Notes under the pieces: model-generated
What the model was told of the DNA's origin: nothing
Database searches by the model: none
What the model saw: the letters and a program-made list of their open reading frames with translations, nothing else
Part shown: one piece after another, positions 1-10,696 of the stretch
Layout: each line of letters opens with the position of its first letter
How positions within the stretch are numbered: the stretch's first letter is position 1
Translations under genes and position numbers: made by a program
Source of the DNA: Carpediemonas membranifera BICM
Taxonomy: Eukaryota > Protista > Fornicata
Direction of reading: 5' to 3'
Assembly: GCA_019828565.1 (NCBI GenBank)
Contig: JAHDYR010000012.1
Coordinates: 248,001 to 312,000 of the forward strand
DNA: 64,000 nt

Positions 1-455
1 CGAGCAGACAATGGGCTGAACTAGGAGTGCGCCTGTGTCTCACTCCAGTCTTGATCCGCGGCATTGGTGCTCACCGTCGCGCCTTGCTCGAAAATACCGT
101 ATTTCGGTTTTCCCGCAACATTCAAGGCATCGCCATCATCAATCGCATCATAGGGTCCGGAGCAGCCGAGCGGCATTCGTGCTGGAAAGATATGCAGTCA
201 TCACCACACAATCAACCGTGACAAATGATGTCTAAATCTACTTCTTATCTGTATACGCATCCAACAGCGCTATTCCGGGGTTCTCTCCTTTTTATATCAT
301 TCTAACTGCTTAGAAAGCTCCAATGCTGTTGACAGAGACGTCAACCATCTGAACAGAGGAAGTAGAAGCGACCGCGTCGCAGCTGTAGGTTTCATAGGTG
401 TCCTTGCACCCGCCATTGTTGTTGCCCATGACTTTTCGGACAGAAATTGCTTTGC

Positions 456-599
456 TGTGCTGCGCAGGATTAGAATTGTTGAGTCCAAAACACACAGTGA
501 TCCAAGCAGCATCAGGATCGCAGTGTGGTTCATCATACTCCATCAATCGTGCGCTGCATATCACGCGCGCTGCAGCGCGTGCTTGCTCAACTTAGCAAG
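456..599 (-). ncRNA. Putative omegaRNA scaffold between nuclease stop and element end
   Basis: Three hairpins: CACAC/GTGTG with GATCC/GGATC (491-527), GCGCTGCA/TGCAGCGC (551-578) and CTTGCT/AGCAAG (582-599). The position matches known TnpB/Fanzor omegaRNAs. Expression is not shown. Confidence 0.6.
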
Positions 600-1478
600 T
601 TAATGATAGCGAGGAAGAGCACCTCTCTGGGAGTCGTAGTGGAAAGGAGATTGCTCTATCTGATCTGAAGTTGCATCGAAGGTGCACCAAAGGATGTTCT
701 CGCTGGCGCTCTTATCTCGGTGAGAGAGATTGAGAAGTATGTCTCTCTGCTCGGGATGCCGACGTAGCCGTTCAACGCGCCATGGAGCTCCCTCGCACGC
801 GGGATTCTGGCAGAGCATGGTGCGGTGTGTGTGCACCACACGTCTGAAGTGTGCTTTGCAGTGTGGGCACACGATGGAAGTGCGGAATTCGGAGACCATG
901 TTGACACTCACGACGACGTTGTGCCGGAGCATTATGCCAGGAAGTGCTCGAGCAAAGTGGCGGTACGGAGCACAGGAGGGAGTGCCGGCGGAACCGAACA
1001 GTGCAGCCCCATACGCGACTTCGAGGTGAATGGGCTCCGGGGGGCGCCCGCCGAGATCATCCAGGAGTTGACGTCCAGCCCGAGCGAAGTGCTTCTGGCG
1101 CAGACGGTGATTGGCAAAAGTCGCACGGCGGAAACACTTTCTCATCCCCTCGTTGATGATCTGAACGATGTTCTTCTTCTCATGGACAAACCTAATCGAC
1201 TGTTTGAGAGCCTCTAGACTTGTCGTTTTGAACGATGCTGCGCTCATATTCACGCGGAAAGAGGGGGTGGCAGTGTAGCCACACTTAGCGAGTACGCCAG
1301 ATACACTCTGCCCGTCTGGGCGGCGGATCGTGTAGCCGCCCAGCGACCGAGCACCAGGGTCGAAGCCCATGAGAGCTTGAATGTCCGGGGCAGGAGTAGC
1401 CTCAGCGTCATCCTGACCGAGCCCGCTTGTTATTGCTACCCTTTTTGTACGTGGGCCGGTCAGCCACCCGACCGCCAC
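600..1478 (-). CDS. Minimal Fanzor1/TnpB-like RuvC + zinc-finger nuclease (start uncertain; first ATG at 1370)
   Basis: RuvC-I GFDPG, VAYG strand, rearranged catalytic Glu in VSEFRTS, CPHC...CQNPAC zinc finger and RuvC-III HRDKSASENIL. Confidence 0.88.
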   Translation of the reverse strand: MAVGWLTGPRTKRVAITSGLGQDDAEATPAPDIQALMGFDPGARSLGGYTIRRPDGQSVSGVLAKCGYTATPSFRVNMSAASFKTTSLEALKQSIRFVHEKKNIVQIINEGMRKCFRRATFANHRLRQKHFARAGRQLLDDLGGRPPEPIHLEVAYGAALFGSAGTPSCAPYRHFARALPGIMLRHNVVVSVNMVSEFRTSIVCPHCKAHFRRVVHTHRTMLCQNPACEGAPWRVERLRRHPEQRDILLNLSHRDKSASENILWCTFDATSDQIEQSPFHYDSQRGALPRYH

Positions 1479-1931
1479 GGTATTTCTCGCGACCCACCCA
1501 AACCGTCACGTTACGTTAATCTCGCCAATGGCCTTGTTAACGGAAGCCTTCACCGTGTATATCTTGGAAGGCGGAGTCTATTGAGCTGCCTGCATCGATC
1601 ATTTCTTTTCAGGGTTCATCAGCTAGCAGCATCCCTCAAAACACAAGAAACCAGCATCATACAGCACAAAGCGTCTTTACTACTAGTTACAACCGCTTTC
1701 CACCACTAGTGTCTCTCACAACAGACGAAGATGACGAAGACGACGACGACATGAGCTTCAGACGCCGGCAATGGACGACAGATGAGCGCGTAACAGACGA
1801 GCACAGACGCGAAAGAAGACCGCAGCGTTCGACACAGACGATGGACGACGCATCTTTTCGTGCAGACCGACGACTGAAAGCACGAAAGCCCGATGGTACA
1901 GACGAGGGCTGAAGTGGGTGAGTGGAGGTAG

Positions 1932-2056
1932 TGTGCCGCGCAGGATTAGAATTGTTGAGTCTAAATCCTCTGGAGTTCATCCCAGGGGGGTCGACAGCCC
2001 AAGTCACCTTTACATGAATCCTCCACATAAACCCCATAAACCCTCTAAATACCACA
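1932..2056. repeat. Terminal TG...CA unit (LTR-like) of family A copy 1
   Basis: Starts TGTGCCGCGCAGGATTAGAATTGTTGAGTC (repeat of 456-485, 1 mismatch) and ends TACCACA. Preceded by purine tract GAAGTGGGTGAGTGGAGGTAG (1911-1931). Confidence 0.8.
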
Positions 2057-2145
2057 TTTGCATTTCCCTTAAAGTGCACCGAATCAGTTTTCTGGGAGAC
2101 ACGATAGAGCAGACGCTGTTAGAGAGTACAATGGAAGCTATTTAC

Positions 2146-4441
2146 TTATCGTTCACGGTCGGCCACCTGCGCCTCGACATCCTCGACCCATGCCTTCACT
2201 GCTGGGACCAGCATGAGCTCGTGCGGCATCGAGGCCACCGTCTTGCTGCGGAGAGCCCTGAGCAGATCATCGTCGGCATGCGACAGAAGCATCGTGAGCA
2301 GCTTCATTCCGCCCGCGAAGCACTCCTCGCTCGCCCCAGGCTCATTGAGCATTTTAAGGACGGACGACATCGTCTCAAGCGACTGGGCCATCGAGTTGTC
2401 CCCAAACTGCACCGCCTGGGGCCGGACCTCCAGCAGCAGGAACCGGAGCACGTCGAACGCCGCGCCATGGACGACGGGGTCGCAGAGAGAGACGTAGAGG
2501 TGGTCGACGACGTCATTGAAGCCGCCGATCCAGCGGTCGAGCGTCTCGTTCGTGATAGTCATCTGGGTCTCGAGGCAGCACGACAGGGCGACGAGGTGGA
2601 CGGGGTCGAGATGGTCCAAATCTGCGTCGGATATGAAAGATGCGACAATCTGGAAAAGATACGACGGATCTATGCTGCTCATGAGCGGGCTCGACACCGA
2701 GAAGCTCTTGGGCAGGAAGGGCTTGGCACCAGACAGGCTGAGGACGAACCTGACGACGGCTGGGTCGAGTGACAGCAGGTGGCGGACGACGTGCTGGCCG
2801 ATCTGGGGGATCTTCTCGACGTGCGGCAGCAGTGCGAGGACCAGGCCGAGGGAGAGGGGCGCCTCGGGCTCCCGGGCGACGATGTTGGCAATGATGGTCT
2901 CGCCAACGGCAGAGTCGTTGCCAAGATACGCCTCGACCGCCAGTGCGGCAAGTGTCACGGGCACATCCCACCATTGGTCGTGACAGAGCTCTGACATGCC
3001 GTCGAGGGTGCTCTCCACGGCCTCTGGATCCAGGGCGGCGCAGTGGGCGGCGATCCTAATCGAGTCGGCCCGGACAATGCCATCCGGATTGCCGGAACCT
3101 ACGACTGCGTAGTAGAGGTAAAGGTCAGTGAGATCCGGCAGGTAAGGGGTTGATGCCGGCACCTGTGGGAGCAGGGTGCCGGCAAGTTCGGCGACTGCCC
3201 TGGTTGTCTGGTCCGGCAGGCCCTCTTGGACCGCCCTGACGACGGCGAGGTGAGTTGGGATGTCGTCGGGGGCGAGGAGGCCGCATATGTCAGCGAGTAG
3301 ATGGGCGAGCAGCCGCTTATGGGAGGCGACGAGGGGCAGCGCGAGGGGCAGCGCGTAGTGGAGGAGGAGAAGGTGTGAGACCGCGACATCGTGGTCTCTG
3401 ATGGCGGCGATGACGTCCTGGATGAACGACCGCAGGACGTTGTACGCCTCGGACCCGACAGGGAGGGCGTAGTACCCTCGGATGAAGGCCGAGAACAGCA
3501 GCCAGAACTCCCGCGTGTTGCTTACGCACGAGTCAGATACGTACACGCTCTTTGACCGCATGTGGTTGATCACGGTGGCAAATACCCGGGGTGGGACGCG
3601 TTCCATGTCATTGGCAAATGACGCCGCGATGTCCTTGCGGGGGTCGAAGGTCCGAAGGAGGTCCCGGACGGCGCTGCTGTCGTCCGCCTCGAGCACGGTC
3701 TTCACCGACCCGTTCAGGATGTCGAACACTGAACGGACCCCGCCGCTGGGGTGGGTCGCCGCGACGTTGGCTGCCGGCACGCCGGACTTCATCGTCTTGA
3801 GGCTCTGCGTCTTACCGATCTCGAACACGGGCTTGACGTTACCCGTAGACTGGCCCGGCCCGAGGCTGGAACGAACCGTGCCCGCGTCTGACAGCGCCAT
3901 CTGGCGGCCTGTGGCGAGCGTGCTGCCGGAGGGGCGCATCATGCGGCGGGACCCGGGCTGGGACGTCTGGGACTCGGGCTCGGGCTCAGCCAGGGAGCGC
4001 TTGGCGGCAAGGATGGGCTTGACGCCGCGGATGGTCTGGCGCTCGACGGGCGGCGGCCGGGCTGGTGGCGAAGGAGGCGTGCGCTTCGTCAGGAAGGTAT
4101 AGATCGTGTTCACCATGACGACCACCGCGTCGTTGTCCCCTGCGATGACACGGTCGATCACTTCTTGCGGCACGTCGATGTCGAATTTCGAGAGCGCCAC
4201 TCTGTTGATAAAGGCCCAATTCTCCTTCTTGGTCTTCGTACTGGACGCATTAGGCACGTTCACTGGCTTGATTGGGCCGCTGGGGTAATAGCGGCTGATA
4301 ATTTCTGCGATTAAGTAGCCATTGCTGAAATCGCTGTGTGAAAAGCAACAAGAGGATAACAAACCGCTTTGGGTCTTTGATAGAGAATGGTAGGTCAAGG
4401 CCTTGCAGCCATTTCAGCACTTCTCGGCTTAATGAGGGCAT
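2146..4441 (-). CDS. SPATA4/SPEF1-type calponin-homology domain protein with helical C-terminus; intron 4334-4364
   Basis: Spliced N-terminus MPSLSREVLKWLQGLDL...KRDFSNGYLIAEIISRY is typical of the CH_2 family. A 31-nt GT-AG intron restores the frame. Confidence 0.8.
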
Positions 4442-4607
4442 TGCGTTTCTGTATGACTGTGAAGTCTGGAATGAAGTCGTCAGCATCCCTCGGTCATCCA
4501 TCGTCTCCAGCACTACCCGGTCCAATCAGGTGCCAGTATCATTTACAGTCCCCAGCCGTCCAACAGCCGGGGTCCTCGCCGTGTTGTTCGCCACTGCCCC
4601 CCCCCTC

Positions 4608-5497
4608 TCACAGTAATGACATCGTCTTGCGCCGCACTTCCCACCTCAACCCGTCCCGCTTCTTGTCCGTGGGCACCACGTATGTGTTGGGCTTGGGGGT
4701 CGTCCGCCGTCTCTGCTCAGGCGCCCGACTCGCCGTGGTCTTGGCCGCGTTCTTCTTCCTGTTCGTAGCATCCCGGTCCCACCCCCGTCTGAACGACGCA
4801 TACATGGCTACGGGGTCGCTCTTCTTCGGCCGGGTCGGGGCTGAGGGCGGTATCAGCACGCTGCTCGTCGCCACTCCACGCCGGGCCCGACGAGCAAGGT
4901 CTTTGGGCGCCGTAGAGGGTCGGGCGAGACGGCCCCTGACCTCAGGAGTTGTCATGGCCGCGTTGAACTCGTCCGCCGCCTTGGCCGTGACAGTGAGACG
5001 GGGAGGAGGCTCGCTCCTCGGTTCCATTGGATTGGGCTTCATCTTCAGTCGGATTCGGCCGTCAGCTGTGATTGGTCTCGCCGAGAATTTCGGCATTTTC
5101 GGGTACTTCTTCTTAAAGTCCTTCGCATCCTTCGATTCCTTGGGCCGGTGGGCCTTGTGTGGCTTGGGAGGGACGCTGATCTCGGGTGCTTCCTCGTCGG
5201 ACTCGTCAGATTCGTCGGACTCCGAGCTCTCGTCCATTGGCTTCGCCGTCGGAATCCTGATCTCATGAAGCTGTGACTCGACAGTTCCAACCGCATCAAT
5301 GTCCCAATTGATCTCCACGCCTCCAGCTTCCAGGTTCTCCACGAATGCCTGGAATTTGAGGGGGTCATCCAAAATTTCTTGGATCTCGCGGCCCTTCGCG
5401 CTATATATCCCCTGTTCTGAGTAAGATATGATGAATGTAGCATACCATCGATGACTGCTCTCAGTTCTGCAGTCAGTTGCGAGACTGCATACGACAT
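4608..5497 (-). CDS. HYLS1: HYLS1-like centriolar protein; intron 5417-5445
   Basis: C-terminal KSDPVAMY...W...PNTYVVPTDKKRDGLRWEVR matches the HYLS1 box. A 29-nt intron joins the ATG 5497 exon in frame. Confidence 0.75.
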
Positions 5498-5638
5498 GTC
5501 GATTATGTGACCTTAAAATGCGCATCGTCAATTTGAAGTCTGCTGTTGACGATTGAGAGTCCTACTTTACTGCTTGCACTGTGCACTCAATGATACTTCA
5601 CAATTCCTCGATTTTACAGCCCATCCGACAGCCTAGTG

Positions 5639-8600
5639 TCACCTCAGCACCCAGTCGCCGCTGGAGCAGGCCGCTTCGACCCGCTCCACGAGGCCGTCCG
5701 CCGCAACACTGGCAGCGACGGTGACATGCTCGAACAGCCCCCTACCAGCCGCGACCATGGTGTGTAGGGCAGCCTGCTGCTCGGGCCGGGCCCGCTGATG
5801 GAACGCTGACTCTGCAGCCGCCGCGAGACGGGCCACGAGGGCATCGACCTCCTCCTCGGACATAAGGCCACTCGCCTCGGGCTCCTCCACTGCGACCTCA
5901 TCCATAGTCTGCCGCGCCTCCTCCTGGGTCGCCCTCAGCGCCTCAGCCGCCCGCTTCCGCTCCCGCATGATGTTGCAGGCGAGGATTGTGCTCGGGTGGA
6001 TATCGCCCGCCCGCCGACACGCGAGGTTCACAATCTGCTGGGCGTGTACCTTTCTTTGAAGCGCAGACGCCTTCTTCTGGGTGCCGAACAGTCCCTCGGC
6101 CGCAGCGTTCACCAGTCGGCCCAAGTCGTCGAAAAACTCGTCAGGGTGGGTATAGCCCAGGCGCTGGATCTTCGCGAACACCCACTCGAGCGTCGGGAAC
6201 GGCGGGTTGGGGTCGTCCGGGTTGACGTCGGCGTGGGACTCGAACGGCCGCATATTGTAGCCGGCCGCCTCGTCCTGCTTGGCCTGGTGCAGCAGATCGC
6301 CCAGTGCCCACCGCAGCTTCTCCATGGTCCGCTGCTCGTCGACGGACCGGGTGGCCTCCTTGGGCTGGGTCGGGGCCGTCCGCTGGGTCGCCGGCTTGGG
6401 TGCTGGCGCCCTCATCATGAGCAGGGCGGGGGCAATGATCGTCTGGAACGCCGCTCTGAGAGGGGTGACGTGCGGGGCCAGGTCAAGAGCGGGGCCCTCG
6501 GCGTCGGGCGCCTCCACGGTGACGATGAGCATGGGGGCGGGGTACTCGTCGATCAGGGCCGGGACGTCGTCCAGCAGATCGCCCAGTGATGGGTGGAGCA
6601 GCATAATGCCGGCAGACTGCATAAAACTGCGGACCAGAGTCCCGAGTCGGTCTTCCGGCGTCAGGTGGGCGTCCTCGGGCTTGGGCCGAATGGCGCTGAG
6701 CGTGATCTTGTGGAGGGGTACGACGGGGCACTGGCCGGTGGCAATCGTCACCGCGCCCATGGCCACGTCGACGTCTGCCTGGGTCATCCCCGTCGCCCTG
6801 ACCTTGAGGTGCGGGTGCCAGAACTGGGGCGACGTGCCACCCGACGCCTCGGGGAGCAGCGTGGTGATCCGGTCGAGCAGGGGCTTCGCTATGGGCGCAG
6901 CGAACGCCTCGACCCAGGCCGGTGTGGCGGGTCCCAGGGCGCCCCTGTCCGTCGGCCGGGCCCGGGACAGGGCCCGCACCCAGTCTGCCTGACTGACTCG
7001 GACTCGAGTCGCCGCGGCCGAGGTCTCCTCGCTCGTGCGGTCGGATGCCAGGCCCACCAGCCCCGCCCTGCGTCTGGCCAGGACGACCGCGTCACCGACA
7101 AGTGCGGCCACGTCTGCGCCGCTGAATCCTGCGGTCATCCTCGCGATATACGCGGCCATGTTAGTTGAGGGGATAGAGTTGGCTGGCCAGGCGAGTGTCT
7201 TGGTGACAACCATGTTCATCCTGACCTCCTCGGAGGGCGGGCCGACATAGAGGTCGATGTCCAGACGGCCTGGCCGACGCAGGGCTGGGTCGATGCAGTC
7301 TGGCCGGTTGGTGGTGCCGATGACGACGACGTCGCCACGGTCGGAGAAGCCGTCGAGCAGGGCAAGCAAGGTGGTCACGACAGACGCGTGGATCTGGTCC
7401 TGACGGGACGAACGGACGGGAGCGAGGCCGTCGAGCTCGTCGAACAGGATGATCGCGGGTGCCATGGATCGCGCCGTCTCAAAGAGGTGCCGCAGCTGCC
7501 GCTCAGCCTCGCCCACCCACTTGGAGAGGCAGTCCGCGCCCTTCCGCATGAAGAAGGCGACCGGCGTGCCCGTCCGCTCGGCCAGCGTGCCCGCCAGCGC
7601 CCGGGCGATGAACGTCTTGCCGTTGCCTGGTGGCCCATGGAGGAGCATACCCCTCGCCTGCCGGACACCAGGGAAGAGGCCGGTGCCGACCGGGTCGAGG
7701 ATGCCGCTGACGATGTCCTCGAGCCTGCCCTTGAGGTCGTCGTAGCCAACGACGTCGGCCAGGGTCACACCGGTCGGGCCGGAGAGGGGGGTCGCGTCGA
7801 TGGTCGCCCCGTCCTTCTTGTCCTCGCCGTACAGCACACGGCGCCGGAAGGGCTGCTCGGTGTCCTTCATCACGCCGTTACGTTGCGTCCTGACGCTTGA
7901 GGCGTCGCTGCTCAGATTCCCCCGCAGGTCATCGTCGTCTTTCGGCTTGTACTGACGCACAAAGCGCCGTGACCGAACACGGTCGTCCAGACGCCCCCTG
8001 GCTGCGGCGTTCAGGTCCACGAGCCGCTTGGACGCCCTCCGCGGCGGCATGGGGTTCCGGGGGTGGACGAGCCGGTGCAGCATCCGGGGTGGGGGGATCT
8101 CGTCGCTGGAATCGTCGGAGTAGGAGCTCGTCGAGGTCGAGCCGCAGTCGGAGGCGACGCTGGCAGTCTCGTCAGCTGGGAGCCTGTGCTGGGGCTGCTG
8201 GGTAGGCCCCTCCATCTCCACCTCTGAGTCTGAATTGGAGTCGGAGTCAGTCTCCGAGTCGGGTGCAGGCTTGGGGGTGGGGCCGCTTGCCACAAACTGC
8301 GCGAGAGAGCCGTCCGATTCGGGATCTGAGGAGATCTGGAGCACCTCGCTGTCACTGGTGTTGCGGCCCGGCTTTACGGCGGCGACTGCCACCCTGTGGG
8401 GCTGCGGGGCGGGGGATGGTACGGACTCGACGATCGAGGAGTCGTCTGAGGAGGAGTCGATCACCGGGAGTTTCCGCCTGAATATTCCGTGGTCCTGAGA
8501 CTTGCACAGAACTGTCTCCTGGTGCTTGCTCCTCCGCTGCATTCGTTTTGGCGCCTTTTGCTTCGTTTTCGCAGGCGAGTTCTTATTGCCAAGGTTCCGT

Positions 8601-8647
8601 AGGGGGTTCTGGCTTATCACTAGCCGGTTGAAGTTCATTTTGGTCAT
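5639..8647 (-). CDS. ATAD2/Yta7-like AAA+ ATPase with degenerate bromodomain (start may be downstream)
   Basis: Walker A GPPGNGKT, FFMRKGADCLSKWVGEAERQLR and APVRSSRQDQIHASVVTTLLAL are characteristic of ATAD2/Yta7. Confidence 0.88.
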   Translation of the reverse strand: MTKMNFNRLVISQNPLRNLGNKNSPAKTKQKAPKRMQRRSKHQETVLCKSQDHGIFRRKLPVIDSSSDDSSIVESVPSPAPQPHRVAVAAVKPGRNTSDSEVLQISSDPESDGSLAQFVASGPTPKPAPDSETDSDSNSDSEVEMEGPTQQPQHRLPADETASVASDCGSTSTSSYSDDSSDEIPPPRMLHRLVHPRNPMPPRRASKRLVDLNAAARGRLDDRVRSRRFVRQYKPKDDDDLRGNLSSDASSVRTQRNGVMKDTEQPFRRRVLYGEDKKDGATIDATPLSGPTGVTLADVVGYDDLKGRLEDIVSGILDPVGTGLFPGVRQARGMLLHGPPGNGKTFIARALAGTLAERTGTPVAFFMRKGADCLSKWVGEAERQLRHLFETARSMAPAIILFDELDGLAPVRSSRQDQIHASVVTTLLALLDGFSDRGDVVVIGTTNRPDCIDPALRRPGRLDIDLYVGPPSEEVRMNMVVTKTLAWPANSIPSTNMAAYIARMTAGFSGADVAALVGDAVVLARRRAGLVGLASDRTSEETSAAATRVRVSQADWVRALSRARPTDRGALGPATPAWVEAFAAPIAKPLLDRITTLLPEASGGTSPQFWHPHLKVRATGMTQADVDVAMGAVTIATGQCPVVPLHKITLSAIRPKPEDAHLTPEDRLGTLVRSFMQSAGIMLLHPSLGDLLDDVPALIDEYPAPMLIVTVEAPDAEGPALDLAPHVTPLRAAFQTIIAPALLMMRAPAPKPATQRTAPTQPKEATRSVDEQRTMEKLRWALGDLLHQAKQDEAAGYNMRPFESHADVNPDDPNPPFPTLEWVFAKIQRLGYTHPDEFFDDLGRLVNAAAEGLFGTQKKASALQRKVHAQQIVNLACRRAGDIHPSTILACNIMRERKRAAEALRATQEEARQTMDEVAVEEPEASGLMSEEEVDALVARLAAAAESAFHQRARPEQQAALHTMVAAGRGLFEHVTVAASVAADGLVERVEAACSSGDWVLR

Positions 8648-8744
8648 TTTAGTAGCTCAATGAAGCGTTCTAGTTCTACCCGCCGCTTGGTTCGCGCCTT
8701 GCGCGAAAGCGATACATACAATACGTATAGTCACATAAATGGCC

Positions 8745-10145
8745 TCAACTAGCGAGTATTGTCTCAGAGGACACCAGGAGTCTAGCATGATCCCCAGGAG
8801 GGCTGGGCACCGGACTCTGCTTCCCGGTGGCGACGGACGTGGGCGGCTCAATGAGGGTTATGATCGCCCACACTATGCCGAGTACGACCATAATCTGCTC
8901 GGCAGACATCTTGGCCACAGACGCCGTGAGTCCGAGAAGCAGACTCTCAGCTAGCGCCTGCACGGCCGCGTTGGTGCACATGACGACGGGAATGGCGTGG
9001 GGACTAACTGCGGACGCCAGCCCCGTGGTGCACAGAGAGAACGACAGCTCGACGGCGAAGAAGTACAGCACGAAGCAGCAGCACGCCAGCCCGACCCCGC
9101 CGACGCCTGTCAGGAGGGGGATGGCCATGCCGACGCAGCAGATGCCCACGGCGGGTGGGATGCCAGCCCGGACGAGACCCATGGCCGAGGCCGGGAGAAA
9201 GACTGGGGCGACAGAACCAGCCACTCCCACCAGCCGGCCGACGGCGAACAGGGCGCCGTTAGGGGGGCTGTGGCGGAGGGAGTCGAGGACAACGGTGGCA
9301 TAGTTCATGGCCACGCCATGGGCCGTCCGACCGAGGGCCAGCTGCCACGTGAAGCCCCGCTCGCCGTCACGGTGGAACGCGGCTGTGGTCTCAGCGATGA
9401 CGGCCTTGGTTGACTCGAGGGCAAAGAGGGGCGGACGCTGCGGGCGACGGGTGGTGACGACGGAGACGGCTAGAGGGGCCGCACCGGCCGTGATTGAGAC
9501 CAGGGACACTACGAATAGTGCATACAGGGGGGCGACCCCTGCGAGGGTCTGCCCGAGTGTGGATGCAACCATGTGAACGAGCAGCTCAGAGCCCCGGACG
9601 AGGGCGGTGACCGTGGGGAAGCTCGGCCTGGGCGATAGCTGGTAGGGAAGGGCAGTGAGGACAGGGCCCGTGGACGCGGCTAGGGCCCATGTGAGCTGCA
9701 TGGCGGCCATTGCCGGGACGCCGCGGCATAATAAGAGGATGAGACGGACAGCGACATGGGCCACCCAGCCCACGGCGACGATGGCGAGGGGCGGGATGAA
9801 GTAGACGAGGGCTGCGATGGCTGCTAGGATGGGGAGGGAGGCGTAGGAGACGATGGGGTAGAGGAGGGCGTCGAGGACCTCGTGGGAACAGCCCTTGGAG
9901 ACGAGGAACGGCGTCAGGAACGGCGCTGATGGCTTGAACGTGAGGCAGCATAGCAGTACAATCAGTGGTATTACTCTCCAGATGGTCAGCACGTCCGCTG
10001 GGCGGGGAACGTATCGTGATACTGCTCGCCGCGCCGCGTTCGTCCTGATCTGCAACTGCTCGTCCAATTCGTACAGCTCATCGTCAAGTAACGGCACTAA
10101 TAACCCGTCGCTGATGGATGCATCATCACGCTCGCTACCACTCAT
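8745..10145 (-). CDS. SLC19-like (reduced folate/thiamine carrier) MFS transporter
   Basis: About 11-12 hydrophobic segments and an N-terminal FKPSAPFLTPFL motif. Confidence 0.7.
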   Translation of the reverse strand: MSGSERDDASISDGLLVPLLDDELYELDEQLQIRTNAARRAVSRYVPRPADVLTIWRVIPLIVLLCCLTFKPSAPFLTPFLVSKGCSHEVLDALLYPIVSYASLPILAAIAALVYFIPPLAIVAVGWVAHVAVRLILLLCRGVPAMAAMQLTWALAASTGPVLTALPYQLSPRPSFPTVTALVRGSELLVHMVASTLGQTLAGVAPLYALFVVSLVSITAGAAPLAVSVVTTRRPQRPPLFALESTKAVIAETTAAFHRDGERGFTWQLALGRTAHGVAMNYATVVLDSLRHSPPNGALFAVGRLVGVAGSVAPVFLPASAMGLVRAGIPPAVGICCVGMAIPLLTGVGGVGLACCCFVLYFFAVELSFSLCTTGLASAVSPHAIPVVMCTNAAVQALAESLLLGLTASVAKMSAEQIMVVLGIVWAIITLIEPPTSVATGKQSPVPSPPGDHARLLVSSETILAS

Positions 10146-10264
10146 CGTCGTTGTTTCCGACCCGATCTAACTCTGTCTTGACGAACTCACACCTGCCACG
10201 ACGTGTGTGTTTTATGTCGCCCGACACGACCCCTGCTGCCGTCTAACCGAAAAAGCTACACCGC

Positions 10265-10696
10265 TTACTCGAACTCGTCCAGATCCTCGAGCAGCTTCTT
10301 GGCCCGACGCACGACGGGCTTGTTGGCCTCCTTCTTGGCATCAGACGCCCTCTCGTTGTCATCGATGATCTTGCGCGCGTCAGCGATGACGGCGTCTCTC
10401 GCGGCGCCCTTGGACTCCGTGAAGTACTTGCAAGCCATGTCGAAGTAGTTCTTGCTGAGCACGTCCTTCTGGAACATCAGAGCCTGGATACGCTTCTGAG
10501 TGCGCTTGTGGAACTTCCAGGTGTTCTCCTTCTCTCTGTTCTTGAGGCTCCACTGCTTGAGATACGTCTTCACGTTTTCCACGGACTCGTCTGTCATGCT
10601 GTTCTTCACGAACGACTGCTTCTTCTCAATGCGGGATGTGCTGCTCTCCCGCTCTTTCCGCTCCTTCTTCTCAACCGTCTGCTTGCTGGAGGGCAT
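10265..10696 (-). CDS. WKF-domain protein (C7orf50/DUF2373-like)
   Basis: YLKQW...WKFHKRTQ motif, lysine-rich; ATG at 10696. Confidence 0.75.
   Translation of the reverse strand: MPSSKQTVEKKERKERESSTSRIEKKQSFVKNSMTDESVENVKTYLKQWSLKNREKENTWKFHKRTQKRIQALMFQKDVLSKNYFDMACKYFTESKGAARDAVIADARKIIDDNERASDAKKEANKPVVRRAKKLLEDLDEFE

Larger units (their letters stand above)
456..2056 (-). mobile_element. Fanzor-carrying element family A, copy 1 (TGTG...CACA, 5-bp TSD TTTGC)
   Basis: Near-identical in reverse complement to 33921-35718, with similarity ending at these boundaries. TTTGC is present at both 451-455 and 2057-2061. The 30-bp terminal motif at 456-485 is repeated at 1932-1961. Confidence 0.93.

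Noticed and set aside
456-2056. Helitron or IS200/IS605/IS607-type element
   Set aside because: Those elements do not make 5-bp TSDs. There are no TC...CTRR ends and no HUH or serine recombinase gene.
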